Shown in pieces: positions 29,570 to 37,555 of a stretch of DNA of 44,836 nt (positions within the stretch are counted from its first letter, which is position 1; each line of letters begins with the position of its first letter). The translations under genes were made by a program, and so were the position numbers. Source of the stretch: Hyphomicrobiales bacterium (lineage in GTDB: Bacteria; Pseudomonadota; Alphaproteobacteria; Rhizobiales; CAJQND01); the NCBI GenBank assembly GCA_051010095.1, contig JBPCVX010000195.1, positions 1 to 44,836 on the forward strand, read 5' to 3'. The notes beneath the pieces are model-generated. The model saw only the letters and a program-made list of their open reading frames with translations, ran no database searches and was not told where the DNA came from.

Positions 29570-30492
29570 ACGCGAACCTCCTCATCATAGGGGTCATAAG
29601 TGTCGATTTCCTGAGGAAGGATAGAACGGATCGCCACCTCTTCAGATGCCATGGCAATCAGATCATCACTTTCATAGAGAACCAATGGTTTTGCGGCCAT
29701 TGTATCTTTGGCCATGCCAAGTTGATCTTTGGTGGCCACCAAATATGTGAAAACACCATCAATCTCATCGATTGAGCGGCGCAAGCTGTCTTCCAAGCTG
29801 ACGCCACTAGCCAGATTGTCGGCAGTATAAACCGCAAGCAATTCAGAATCGCAGTTAGACATGAAACGATGTCCTTTACGCTCCATCTCGCGGCGCATGA
29901 TCCAGTAATTCGTGATCTGCCCGTTGTGAACCACTGACACATCATTATAGGGAAAAGCCCAATAAGGATGAGCTGAGCGAATGTCCACATCAGATTCGGT
30001 CGCCATGCGCGTGTGGCCAATGGCGTGGGTTCCTTCAAACTCATCCAAGCCATAAGCATCCGACACCACAGTGGCATCGCCAAGGTCTTTGATCAGTTCC
30101 AGGCCATTGCCCATGGAGAGGATTTCAACATCGTCAATTTCCTCAATATGACGGGCCATTTCTTCAGTGTCGCCATCATGGTTCACGATATAGCGCAGAG
30201 CATATTCAGTCGCGTTCTGCTTATCCTTCACTTTTGCACCGTGATAATCGAGAAGCTTCTCAACTTCAGCAATACGTTCCGTGATGCGGTCGTGAATACC
30301 ATGACCTTTGGACATATCTTCCTGCTCAGCGACTTTAATCCGCATCACATAATCACCAGGATTTGGTGGCCCATAGACCGCAAAGCCAGTTGAATCAGGC
30401 CCGCGATGTTTGAGCGCTTGAAGCATGGAGGTCATTTCGCCGCCCACGTTCGAACTTCTGCCTCTATGAATGAGGCCAGCAATTCCACACAT
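29557..30492 (-). CDS. Class II (Ntn) glutamine amidotransferase subunit (MgsA/GlxB-like)
   Basis: MCGIAG (N-terminal Cys), HRGPDSTG, GHTRMATES, AHP, VHNGQITN, DSE. Confidence 0.9.
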   Translation of the reverse strand: MCGIAGLIHRGRSSNVGGEMTSMLQALKHRGPDSTGFAVYGPPNPGDYVMRIKVAEQEDMSKGHGIHDRITERIAEVEKLLDYHGAKVKDKQNATEYALRYIVNHDGDTEEMARHIEEIDDVEILSMGNGLELIKDLGDATVVSDAYGLDEFEGTHAIGHTRMATESDVDIRSAHPYWAFPYNDVSVVHNGQITNYWIMRREMERKGHRFMSNCDSELLAVYTADNLASGVSLEDSLRRSIDEIDGVFTYLVATKDQLGMAKDTMAAKPLVLYESDDLIAMASEEVAIRSILPQEIDTYDPYDEEVRVWQA

Positions 30493-30536
30493 TGAATTAC
30501 CTTTCCTTCTTCAACAAAGAAATGAAGAGTGTGCCG

Positions 30537-32015
30537 CTATGGCAGACACTCCATGTAGGTTTCGTTATCCCATTCGGTCACCGTCGACATGAAGCGCGCA
30601 AACTCGTCATGCTTGTACTCATGATAGAGACGGTACATCTCACCTGGCATACCGCGCCTGACGACTTCGCTGTTTTCCAAATGTGCCAAAGCTTCGCCGA
30701 GCGACATCGGAAGCTTTTTGACTTCCTTGCCCTCTTTGATCGCTTCATAAATGTTGCGTTCTTCGGGTTGACCGGGATCGAGTTTGTTGTCGATACCGTC
30801 ATCCATTGCCGCCAACAGCGTGGAACCCATGAGATACGGGTTCACCATGGAATCCACTGAACGGTATTCAAAACGGCCCGGCGCTGAAACACGCAAACCC
30901 GTGGTACGGTTTTGAAAACCCCAGTCCGCAAAGACCGGTGCCCAGAACCCTGTATCCCATAGGCGCCGGTATGAATTCACTGTGGAACACCCGATTGCGG
31001 TGAGAGCTTGCAGGTGATGAACGACGCCGCCAATGGCTTCCAGACCTTCTTTACCTGGCATTTGCGGATCGTCATCGTCAGGCATAAAGGTGTTTTCACC
31101 GCCCTTCACATACATATAATTATCAACCATGCCAGGCAGGTTGTCCTTGTCATTGCCTACGGCAACAAACTCATCTTCACCGCCACGCCACAGCGACATG
31201 TTGTGGTGACACCCAGATGCTGACACACCCATAAACGGCTTGGTCATGAAGCATGCAAAAATGCCATGTTCGCGAGCAACCTGTGCGCAGATTTGACGGT
31301 AAGTTGTCAGACGGTCTGCATTACGCAGAACATCATCAAACATCCAGTTTAGCTCCAGCTGGCCAGGTGCATCCTCATGGTCACCTTGAATCATGTCCAA
31401 GCCCATCTTGCGGGCGTATCGGATCACCTGCAGCGAGACGGGCCGCAAGCTTTCAAACTGGTCGATATGATAGCAATAAGGCTTGGAGAAGCCGTCCTTT
31501 GGGGTGCCGTTCTCGTCGAACTTCAACCACATCATTTCAGGCTCGGTACCAATACGCAGCGCGCGACCGTGTTTTTTCTGAAATTCCTCGTGCATCCGCC
31601 GCAAATTACCCCGGGAATCTGCTGTCAAATACCCGCCTGGGTTCTCTTTTTCTTCACGATTTCGGAAGAGCGTGCAGTAAAAACGACCGATTTCTGGGGC
31701 CCACGGCAGCTGCATGAACGTCTCTGGCTCAGGAATACCAACCAATTCCGCCGCCTCCGGCCCATAACCCAAATAGTTTCCAGCGCGGTCGGTGAACAAA
31801 TTTACCGTTGCCCCATAAACCAGCTGAAAGCCTTTTTGTGCCACCGTTTCCCAATGGTCGGCTGGAATGCCCTTACCCATAATCTTACCGGTGACCGAAA
31901 CAAATTGCAGATAAAGATATTCAATGCCCAGCTCGTTTATCTTCTCACGAACCTGTTTTACCTTTTCGTCGCGGCCTTTCGCTTCGACAAAGCGTTCAAG
32001 ATCTGTGGCTCCCAT
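30537..32015 (-). CDS. Glutamine-synthetase-like gamma-glutamyl-amine ligase (GmaS/GlnT-like, divergent)
   Basis: GTEPEM, DHEDAPGQLELN, KPFMGVSASGCHHNMS, TVNSYRRL, WAPV, NRT, RFEYR. Trp at the Glu-flap position. Confidence 0.88.
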   Translation of the reverse strand: MGATDLERFVEAKGRDEKVKQVREKINELGIEYLYLQFVSVTGKIMGKGIPADHWETVAQKGFQLVYGATVNLFTDRAGNYLGYGPEAAELVGIPEPETFMQLPWAPEIGRFYCTLFRNREEKENPGGYLTADSRGNLRRMHEEFQKKHGRALRIGTEPEMMWLKFDENGTPKDGFSKPYCYHIDQFESLRPVSLQVIRYARKMGLDMIQGDHEDAPGQLELNWMFDDVLRNADRLTTYRQICAQVAREHGIFACFMTKPFMGVSASGCHHNMSLWRGGEDEFVAVGNDKDNLPGMVDNYMYVKGGENTFMPDDDDPQMPGKEGLEAIGGVVHHLQALTAIGCSTVNSYRRLWDTGFWAPVFADWGFQNRTTGLRVSAPGRFEYRSVDSMVNPYLMGSTLLAAMDDGIDNKLDPGQPEERNIYEAIKEGKEVKKLPMSLGEALAHLENSEVVRRGMPGEMYRLYHEYKHDEFARFMSTVTEWDNETYMECLP

Positions 32016-32063
32016 TTCATTACCTCCCTAACTTTAGTTTTTGTCTCGAAAGACTCTTATAAA

Positions 32064-33407
32064 TTAGCTCCAAGGAAACGGGCTGTTGGAGACCGGGTGT
32101 AGATCACCCGAAGCATACCGACCAAATCGGAATGGCTTTAAAAGCTCCTGCTCTTCGCCCATTACTTCGTCGGCCACCAAACGGCCCACGCCCAGCATTT
32201 TGTAACCGTGATTACTATCAGCAATGACGCTCACATTGTCATGAAATCGATCAAATACCGGGAAGCTGTCAGGCGTAAAGCAACCAATACCCCCTGAAGG
32301 TTCCTTGTGATATTTACCGATCAAGCCCGAGAACCGTTCATGACAATGTGCAAGCGCTGATACCCACATGTGCGCAAATTCAGGGCTTGAAACAAATTCT
32401 GGGCTGGATGGTCCATAAGGATCAATGGCCACTTCGTTAACTGGTGTGGGCACTTTATAAGGTGCAGCACCGCCTTGAATTCCATTGAAGTGCCAATCGG
32501 GTTTGTAATAAATGCCCCACATTTCTTCGGTGATGACCGAACCATCAACATCTGAAATCAAAGGTGCATCGGTATCAACATGAATAACCGGTGGTAGCGC
32601 GCCATCATTAGTCAGCATTGTTTCAGGAGGGATCGACAACACCCCTTCTTCCAGCTGCCAAAAGCGCCACATATCGACATTCTCATGAACGGCACCATCT
32701 CTGCCTTTAACGCTGATTTGGCGCGGCAAATCGAGCATGTCCCAAAAATCACGCACCCAGGGGCCAGCTCCAACGATGACCTGTGTACAGGATATGGGTC
32801 CTTTATCAGTCTCAACGGCACTTATCGATTTTGACCCGCTCTCTGCGGTGAAACCTTTTACTTCAACACCTGAGAGAATACGTACGCCTAAATCTTCCAC
32901 CTTTTTGGCGAGGCCATACATTGAGGTCGTATTGTTTGCAAAGCCACCGCGCTTCTCATGCAACACAGACGTAATACCCTGTGCCCGCCAGTCGCTAAAC
33001 AGCCCGCGCATATAGGTATTACAAGCCTCTTCGCCCTCAATGAAAGAGCTCTCATAACCAATCGCGCGCTGTTCATTATAGATTTGAGCCACATCTTCAT
33101 GCATCGCTTCGCAAGAGATCTGCATGTAACCAACTGGATGGTAACTGAAAGCTTCTGGGTCGCTTTCCCAAACACCTACTGAATGGGCCATAAGATTACG
33201 CATGGCCGGCTGAAAATAGTTGTTTCTCACAACCCCGCAGGCGATGCCCGTGGCACCCGATCCAATACCAGACTTGTCGACAACGACGACACGCCCTTCG
33301 ACTTCTTCACCCTTTTCAGATAAACGCTCTGCAAGCCGCCACGCTGACGAAAGTCCATGAATACCCGCGCCAATGACGACATAATCAACATGTGCTGGAA
33401 ATGCCAC
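32064..33407 (-). CDS. FAD-dependent oxidoreductase (DAO / sarcosine-oxidase-beta-like)
   Basis: VVIGAGIHG dinucleotide motif, GATGIACG, GAGPW, TPDSFPV, HGYKM; GTG start after GGGGTAGG. Confidence 0.88.
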   Translation of the reverse strand: MAFPAHVDYVVIGAGIHGLSSAWRLAERLSEKGEEVEGRVVVVDKSGIGSGATGIACGVVRNNYFQPAMRNLMAHSVGVWESDPEAFSYHPVGYMQISCEAMHEDVAQIYNEQRAIGYESSFIEGEEACNTYMRGLFSDWRAQGITSVLHEKRGGFANNTTSMYGLAKKVEDLGVRILSGVEVKGFTAESGSKSISAVETDKGPISCTQVIVGAGPWVRDFWDMLDLPRQISVKGRDGAVHENVDMWRFWQLEEGVLSIPPETMLTNDGALPPVIHVDTDAPLISDVDGSVITEEMWGIYYKPDWHFNGIQGGAAPYKVPTPVNEVAIDPYGPSSPEFVSSPEFAHMWVSALAHCHERFSGLIGKYHKEPSGGIGCFTPDSFPVFDRFHDNVSVIADSNHGYKMLGVGRLVADEVMGEEQELLKPFRFGRYASGDLHPVSNSPFPWS

Positions 33408-33546
33408 AACCTACCCCAATTTAAAACGCCTTATCATTCACATTTCATGCGTAAGCCGAATGTGTAAGATCGCCAGAATGTGCTAAAACAAATCCAGTTT
33501 CAAGCCTTTAATAGTCCAATTTAGGCTCAATATGTTGAAAATTCTG

Positions 33547-33566
33547 ATTATTGGTTTATTATTGGT
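33547..33566. promoter_or_regulatory. Putative GntR/FadR operator: ATTATTGGT direct repeat at 11-bp period
   Basis: ATTATTGGT at 33547-33555 and 33558-33566, in the divergent promoter region just before the regulator's RBS. Confidence 0.55.
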
Positions 33567-33586
33567 ATTAACACTGTGAGGAATTG

Positions 33587-34276
33587 ATGACACAGACGCC
33601 TCAACCAAAACTCGGCTCCGCTGATATTGCCAGCATTTTGCGACGTGAGATTTCCAAAGGCGTCTTAGCGTCTAAAGACCGGTTACCAGCCGAACGTATA
33701 TTGGCAGACAAATACGGTGTTGCGCGGGGCACGGTGCGCGAAGCACTGCACCAATTAGCTGAAGATGGCCTTGTAGAAATACGGGCAGGAAGCGGCACCT
33801 ACATTACGCCAAACATAACTGAAGTGATAAATCCTATCATCGAATCCGCAACACCGCTTGAGCTTATTGATACACGTTTTGCGCTCGAACCACACATATG
33901 CCGTTTGGCTGTTTTACACGCGCGCCAAAGCGATTTCGAAGCAGCCGAAACATTGCTGGACCAAATGGAAGAAAGCGTTGGAGATCCGCAGAAATTCTCA
34001 AACCTCGATGCTGCATTTCATGCTCTACTGGTCAAATCGACCCGCAATCAGTTGCTGCAGTGGATTGTGTCTCAAATCAACTCCGTGCGGAATCGCGAAC
34101 AGTGGTTACACATGCGCCAAGTCATTTTGAACCGCGCGACCATCACTCAATATAACGTGCAACATCGAGAGATTCTTGATGCTTTGCGCGCCCGCGATCC
34201 AGAAAGTGCCGCAATGGCGATGAAAGATCATCTTGAAGCAGCGCGGCTTTCACTCACACGCGCGGTTGAGACCTAA
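33587..34276 (+). CDS. GntR/FadR-family transcriptional regulator (wHTH plus FCD domain)
   Basis: RLPAERILADKYGVARGTVREAL...GSGTY; R-x3-E, DAAFH, RN and QHREI...HL FCD pattern; GAGGA precedes ATG 33587. Confidence 0.93.
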   Translation: MTQTPQPKLGSADIASILRREISKGVLASKDRLPAERILADKYGVARGTVREALHQLAEDGLVEIRAGSGTYITPNITEVINPIIESATPLELIDTRFALEPHICRLAVLHARQSDFEAAETLLDQMEESVGDPQKFSNLDAAFHALLVKSTRNQLLQWIVSQINSVRNREQWLHMRQVILNRATITQYNVQHREILDALRARDPESAAMAMKDHLEAARLSLTRAVET

Positions 34277-34962
34277 TCGGTGCCAACAATCTCTGGCAGT
34301 TCAGCAAGGCTGTTCAACAAAATGTCTGGCTTTCCCGGTATATTGTCGTCTGCTAACCCAAACCGGTTTATACGGGCAACTTGATACCCAAAATGGGCTC
34401 CGGCTTGCGCATCCCATGGGTTGGCGGAGACAAAACAAATCTCTCCAGGCGCGCCAACGCCCATGCGGTCTACAGCAAGCTGATAAATCCGCGAATCCGG
34501 TTTGTAGATTCCTATATCTTCAATCGAAATCACCTCATCCAGCACTTTATCAAGCCCCGATGATGTGACCGCGCCTTCCAGCATATCTGGGCTGCCGTTT
34601 GACAAAATGCCTGTCGCAAAGCCCAAATCCTTGAGGCGCGCAAGGCATTCGCGCGCATCTTCATAACCGTCAAGATGGAAATACAATTCACGCAGTTCTT
34701 CGCGCAGCTCCTGGTTTTCAATGCCATAAAATGCCATGGCATAATCGAGCGCCTCTGTGGTCACCTGCCAAAACGGTGCATGTGCGCCCATCAGGCTGCG
34801 CAGCCAGGTATATTCCAATTGCTTCTGGCGCCACAGCTTTGACATGTCGTCAGCATGGTCGCCCACTTTAGCCGAGAGCCGCGCCACTGGCGCGTGCACA
34901 TCAAACAAAGTTCCATACGCGTCAAAAACACATGCCTTGACGCCCGCAAACTTTACACTCAT
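34273..34962 (-). CDS. Haloacid dehalogenase type II (L-2-haloacid dehalogenase-like)
   Basis: [38 protein letters not shown]. Confidence 0.9.
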   Translation of the reverse strand: MSVKFAGVKACVFDAYGTLFDVHAPVARLSAKVGDHADDMSKLWRQKQLEYTWLRSLMGAHAPFWQVTTEALDYAMAFYGIENQELREELRELYFHLDGYEDARECLARLKDLGFATGILSNGSPDMLEGAVTSSGLDKVLDEVISIEDIGIYKPDSRIYQLAVDRMGVGAPGEICFVSANPWDAQAGAHFGYQVARINRFGLADDNIPGKPDILLNSLAELPEIVGTD

Positions 34963-35026
34963 CAATATATCTCCCAGACCTTGCGTCTTACCTCACTATG
35001 AGTGCTCGCGCAGAAAGTTACAAGCT

Positions 35027-35659
35027 ATGGCACACGATCACGACCATTCACATGATCATGAGTTTTCAGACCTAAGCGATACCGCTTTGCGGGTGAAAAC
35101 ACTTGAATCTCTTCTTATCGAAAAAGGTTATGTTGAGCCTGAAACTCTTGATACGATTGTCGACATTTACGAAACCAAAGTGGGTCCGCGCAACGGCGCC
35201 AAAGTCGTCGCAAAAGCCTGGATTGACCCGGAGTTCATGAACTGGCTGCGCGAAGATGCAACTGCGGCTATTGCCTCCCTTGGGTTTACGGGCAGACAAG
35301 GCGAACATATGCGCGCTGTCGAGAACACGCCGACCCAGCACAATATGGTCGTGTGCACTTTGTGCTCTTGCTATCCCTGGACCGTGCTTGGTTTGCCACC
35401 AGTATGGTACAAAGCAGCACCCTATCGATCGCGCGCCGTGATTCACCCGCGCGGCGTTCTGGCTGACTTCGGCGTCACTTTGCCCGATGAGAAGAACATT
35501 CAAGTATGGGACTCAACCGCGGAGTTGCGGTATCTGGTTATTCCCGAACGCCCGGAAGGAACCGATGGCTGGAGCGAGGAAGATCTGGCAAGTCTTGTGA
35601 CCCGCGACAGCATGATCGGCACTGGGTTTGCTTTGTCACCTGATGAGGCAAACTCATGA
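35027..35659 (+). CDS. nthA: Nitrile hydratase alpha subunit, cobalt-type
   Basis: His-rich start [34 protein letters not shown] (Co-type signature), WYK, YRSR, RDSMIG. Confidence 0.95.
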   Translation: MAHDHDHSHDHEFSDLSDTALRVKTLESLLIEKGYVEPETLDTIVDIYETKVGPRNGAKVVAKAWIDPEFMNWLREDATAAIASLGFTGRQGEHMRAVENTPTQHNMVVCTLCSCYPWTVLGLPPVWYKAAPYRSRAVIHPRGVLADFGVTLPDEKNIQVWDSTAELRYLVIPERPEGTDGWSEEDLASLVTRDSMIGTGFALSPDEANS

Positions 35660-36315
35660 ACGGCCCGCAAGACATGGGCGGACTGCAAGGCTACGGCCCT
35701 GTTATTCCAGAGCAGAACGAACCCGTTTTTCACGGTAAATGGGAAGAAAAAGCGCTCGCCCTAACGCTCGCTGCAGGTTTTTTTGGTCAATGGAACATCG
35801 ACGAAGGGCGCCATGCGCGTGAGAGCCTGTCGCCGGCAAAATATATTTCATGGTCCTATTACGAAATTTGGTTAGCAGCCCTTGAAAACCTTCTTCTGAC
35901 CCATGGATTTGTAACCCGCGAGGAACTCGCAGAAGGAAAAGCCAATGCGCCGCGCAAAGATATCAAACCTGCTGTAAAAGCAGATGCGGTCGCGGGCATT
36001 CTGAGCAAAGGATCCGCTTATCTTCGGGATGCGAACGCGCCAGCGCAATTCAAACCCGGCGACACAGTGCGCACCTTGAACATGCATCCGCGCGGTCACA
36101 CCCGTCTCCCCCGCTATGCGCGTGGCAAAACCGGCAAAGTGCTTTTCGTCAATGGAGTGCATGTTTTCCCCGACACCCACGCCCATGGTGAGGGAGAGCA
36201 GCCACATTGGCTCTATACTGTACAATTCTCAGCCCAGGAGCTCTGGGGGAACGATGCACGCGCAGGTGATACAATTACCATTGATTGCTGGGAGGTTTAT
36301 CTTGAACCCGCGTGA
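35656..36315 (+). CDS. nthB: Nitrile hydratase beta subunit
   Basis: [39 protein letters not shown]; ATGA overlap with nthA. Confidence 0.95.
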   Translation: MNGPQDMGGLQGYGPVIPEQNEPVFHGKWEEKALALTLAAGFFGQWNIDEGRHARESLSPAKYISWSYYEIWLAALENLLLTHGFVTREELAEGKANAPRKDIKPAVKADAVAGILSKGSAYLRDANAPAQFKPGDTVRTLNMHPRGHTRLPRYARGKTGKVLFVNGVHVFPDTHAHGEGEQPHWLYTVQFSAQELWGNDARAGDTITIDCWEVYLEPA

Positions 36316-36670
36316 TAAAGATGCACTCGCATATGTAAACTCGATACCGCGCGACGACGAAGGTCCAGTCTTCCGGGAACCGTGGGAAGCACAAGCCTTT
36401 GCCATGGCACTTGCCTTACATGAGAAAGGTCATTTTACGTGGCCGGAATGGGCAGAAGTACTGAGCGCAGAACTGAAGGCTGTCGGTGCGAACCAGCGCG
36501 GCGAAGATTATTATCTCTATTGGCTCGCTGCCTTGGAGAAAATTGTTGTGGCTAAGAATATCGCCGTTGATACAGAACTAAACAGCCGCAAAAATGCCTG
36601 GGATCGCGCCGCAAAAGCAACGCCACACGGCGAACCAATCGTCCTTGGACGTGAAAAACAATCGCACTGA
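36302..36670 (+). CDS. Nitrile hydratase accessory/activator protein (P14K/NhlE-like)
   Basis: GGAGG precedes TTG 36302; PVFREPWEAQAFA, FTWPEW, YYLYWLAALE, TPHGEPI. Confidence 0.88.
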   Translation: MNPRDKDALAYVNSIPRDDEGPVFREPWEAQAFAMALALHEKGHFTWPEWAEVLSAELKAVGANQRGEDYYLYWLAALEKIVVAKNIAVDTELNSRKNAWDRAAKATPHGEPIVLGREKQSH

Positions 36671-36718
36671 CCAACTCGTGAGTTGACCGTGTTGGACAAA
36701 TAAAGTCTGAACATCTTC

Positions 36719-37543
36719 ATGAACACAAAACACCTTGGACATTTCGCCCAACCGCTCCTGATATGCGGCGGTGCGTATGGAAACCTTGAAGCGCTGCATG
36801 CGCTGGATATGCTTGCAGACGAACGAGGCATTCCAGCCCATCGTATCATTCATACAGGCGACGCCATTGCCTATTGCGCAGACGCGCGCGCAGCAGCTGA
36901 ATACATCGCCAAAAAGGGATATCACGCCATCCCTGGCAATGTGGAAGAGCAGCTGGCCGAAGAGGCCGAAGACTGTGCGTGCGGATTTGAGGAGGGATCA
37001 GAGTGCAACATTCTTGCGCGCACCTGGTATGCCCACGCGCAGTCAAAAATGACCCAAGACTTACGCGCCTGGATGGCCACTCTTCCCCAGCATCTTACTT
37101 TCACCATGTCCGGCAGATCCGTGCGCGTGGTGCATGGCGCACCCAGTCAGACAAACCGCTTTATGTGGGAAAGCTTTTCCACTGAAACGTTTGCAGAAGA
37201 GTTCAGGACTGCAGACGCGGATATTGTCATCGCGGGCCACACTGGCCTGCCGTTTACGCGCGTGTTCTCTGACGGCCGTGTGTGGCAGAATTCAGGTGCC
37301 CTAGGCATGCCCGCAAACGATGGCACGCCGCGCGTATGGGTTTCTCTAATGTTTCCAAGCGATCGTGGGCCGCAGTTTGAACATATCGCACTTGAATATG
37401 ATTACCGAGCTGCAGCGCAAAAAATGCGCGACCAGAATCTGCCTGAAGGGTATGCATCAGCGCTTGAAACGGGCCTGTGGCCATCGCTCGATATTTTGCC
37501 CGAGGCGGAGCGCCAGATCACAGGCATTATCCGCGCAGCTTAA
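36719..37543 (+). CDS. Calcineurin-like metallophosphoesterase-fold protein with degenerate motifs and a Cys cluster
   Basis: GGAYGN, TGDAIAY, GNVE, VHG, AGHTG, NSGALG in the family's motif order; DCACGFEEGSEC insert. Confidence 0.8.
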   Translation: MNTKHLGHFAQPLLICGGAYGNLEALHALDMLADERGIPAHRIIHTGDAIAYCADARAAAEYIAKKGYHAIPGNVEEQLAEEAEDCACGFEEGSECNILARTWYAHAQSKMTQDLRAWMATLPQHLTFTMSGRSVRVVHGAPSQTNRFMWESFSTETFAEEFRTADADIVIAGHTGLPFTRVFSDGRVWQNSGALGMPANDGTPRVWVSLMFPSDRGPQFEHIALEYDYRAAAQKMRDQNLPEGYASALETGLWPSLDILPEAERQITGIIRAA

Positions 37544-37555
37544 GCCGTAAAAAGT

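Noticed and set aside
30537-32015. Calling this gene glnA or gmaS outright
   Set aside because: It lacks the ammonia-specific residues of GlnA and looks too divergent from GmaS as I recall it to assign the symbol without a phylogeny.
34757-35026. 90-aa N-terminal extension of NthA in the ORF track
   Set aside because: It overlaps the HAD gene on the opposite strand; ATG 35027 gives a normal-length alpha subunit.
36116-36301. Long N-terminus of the nitrile hydratase accessory ORF
   Set aside because: It lies inside nthB; GGAGG plus TTG at 36302 is the better start.
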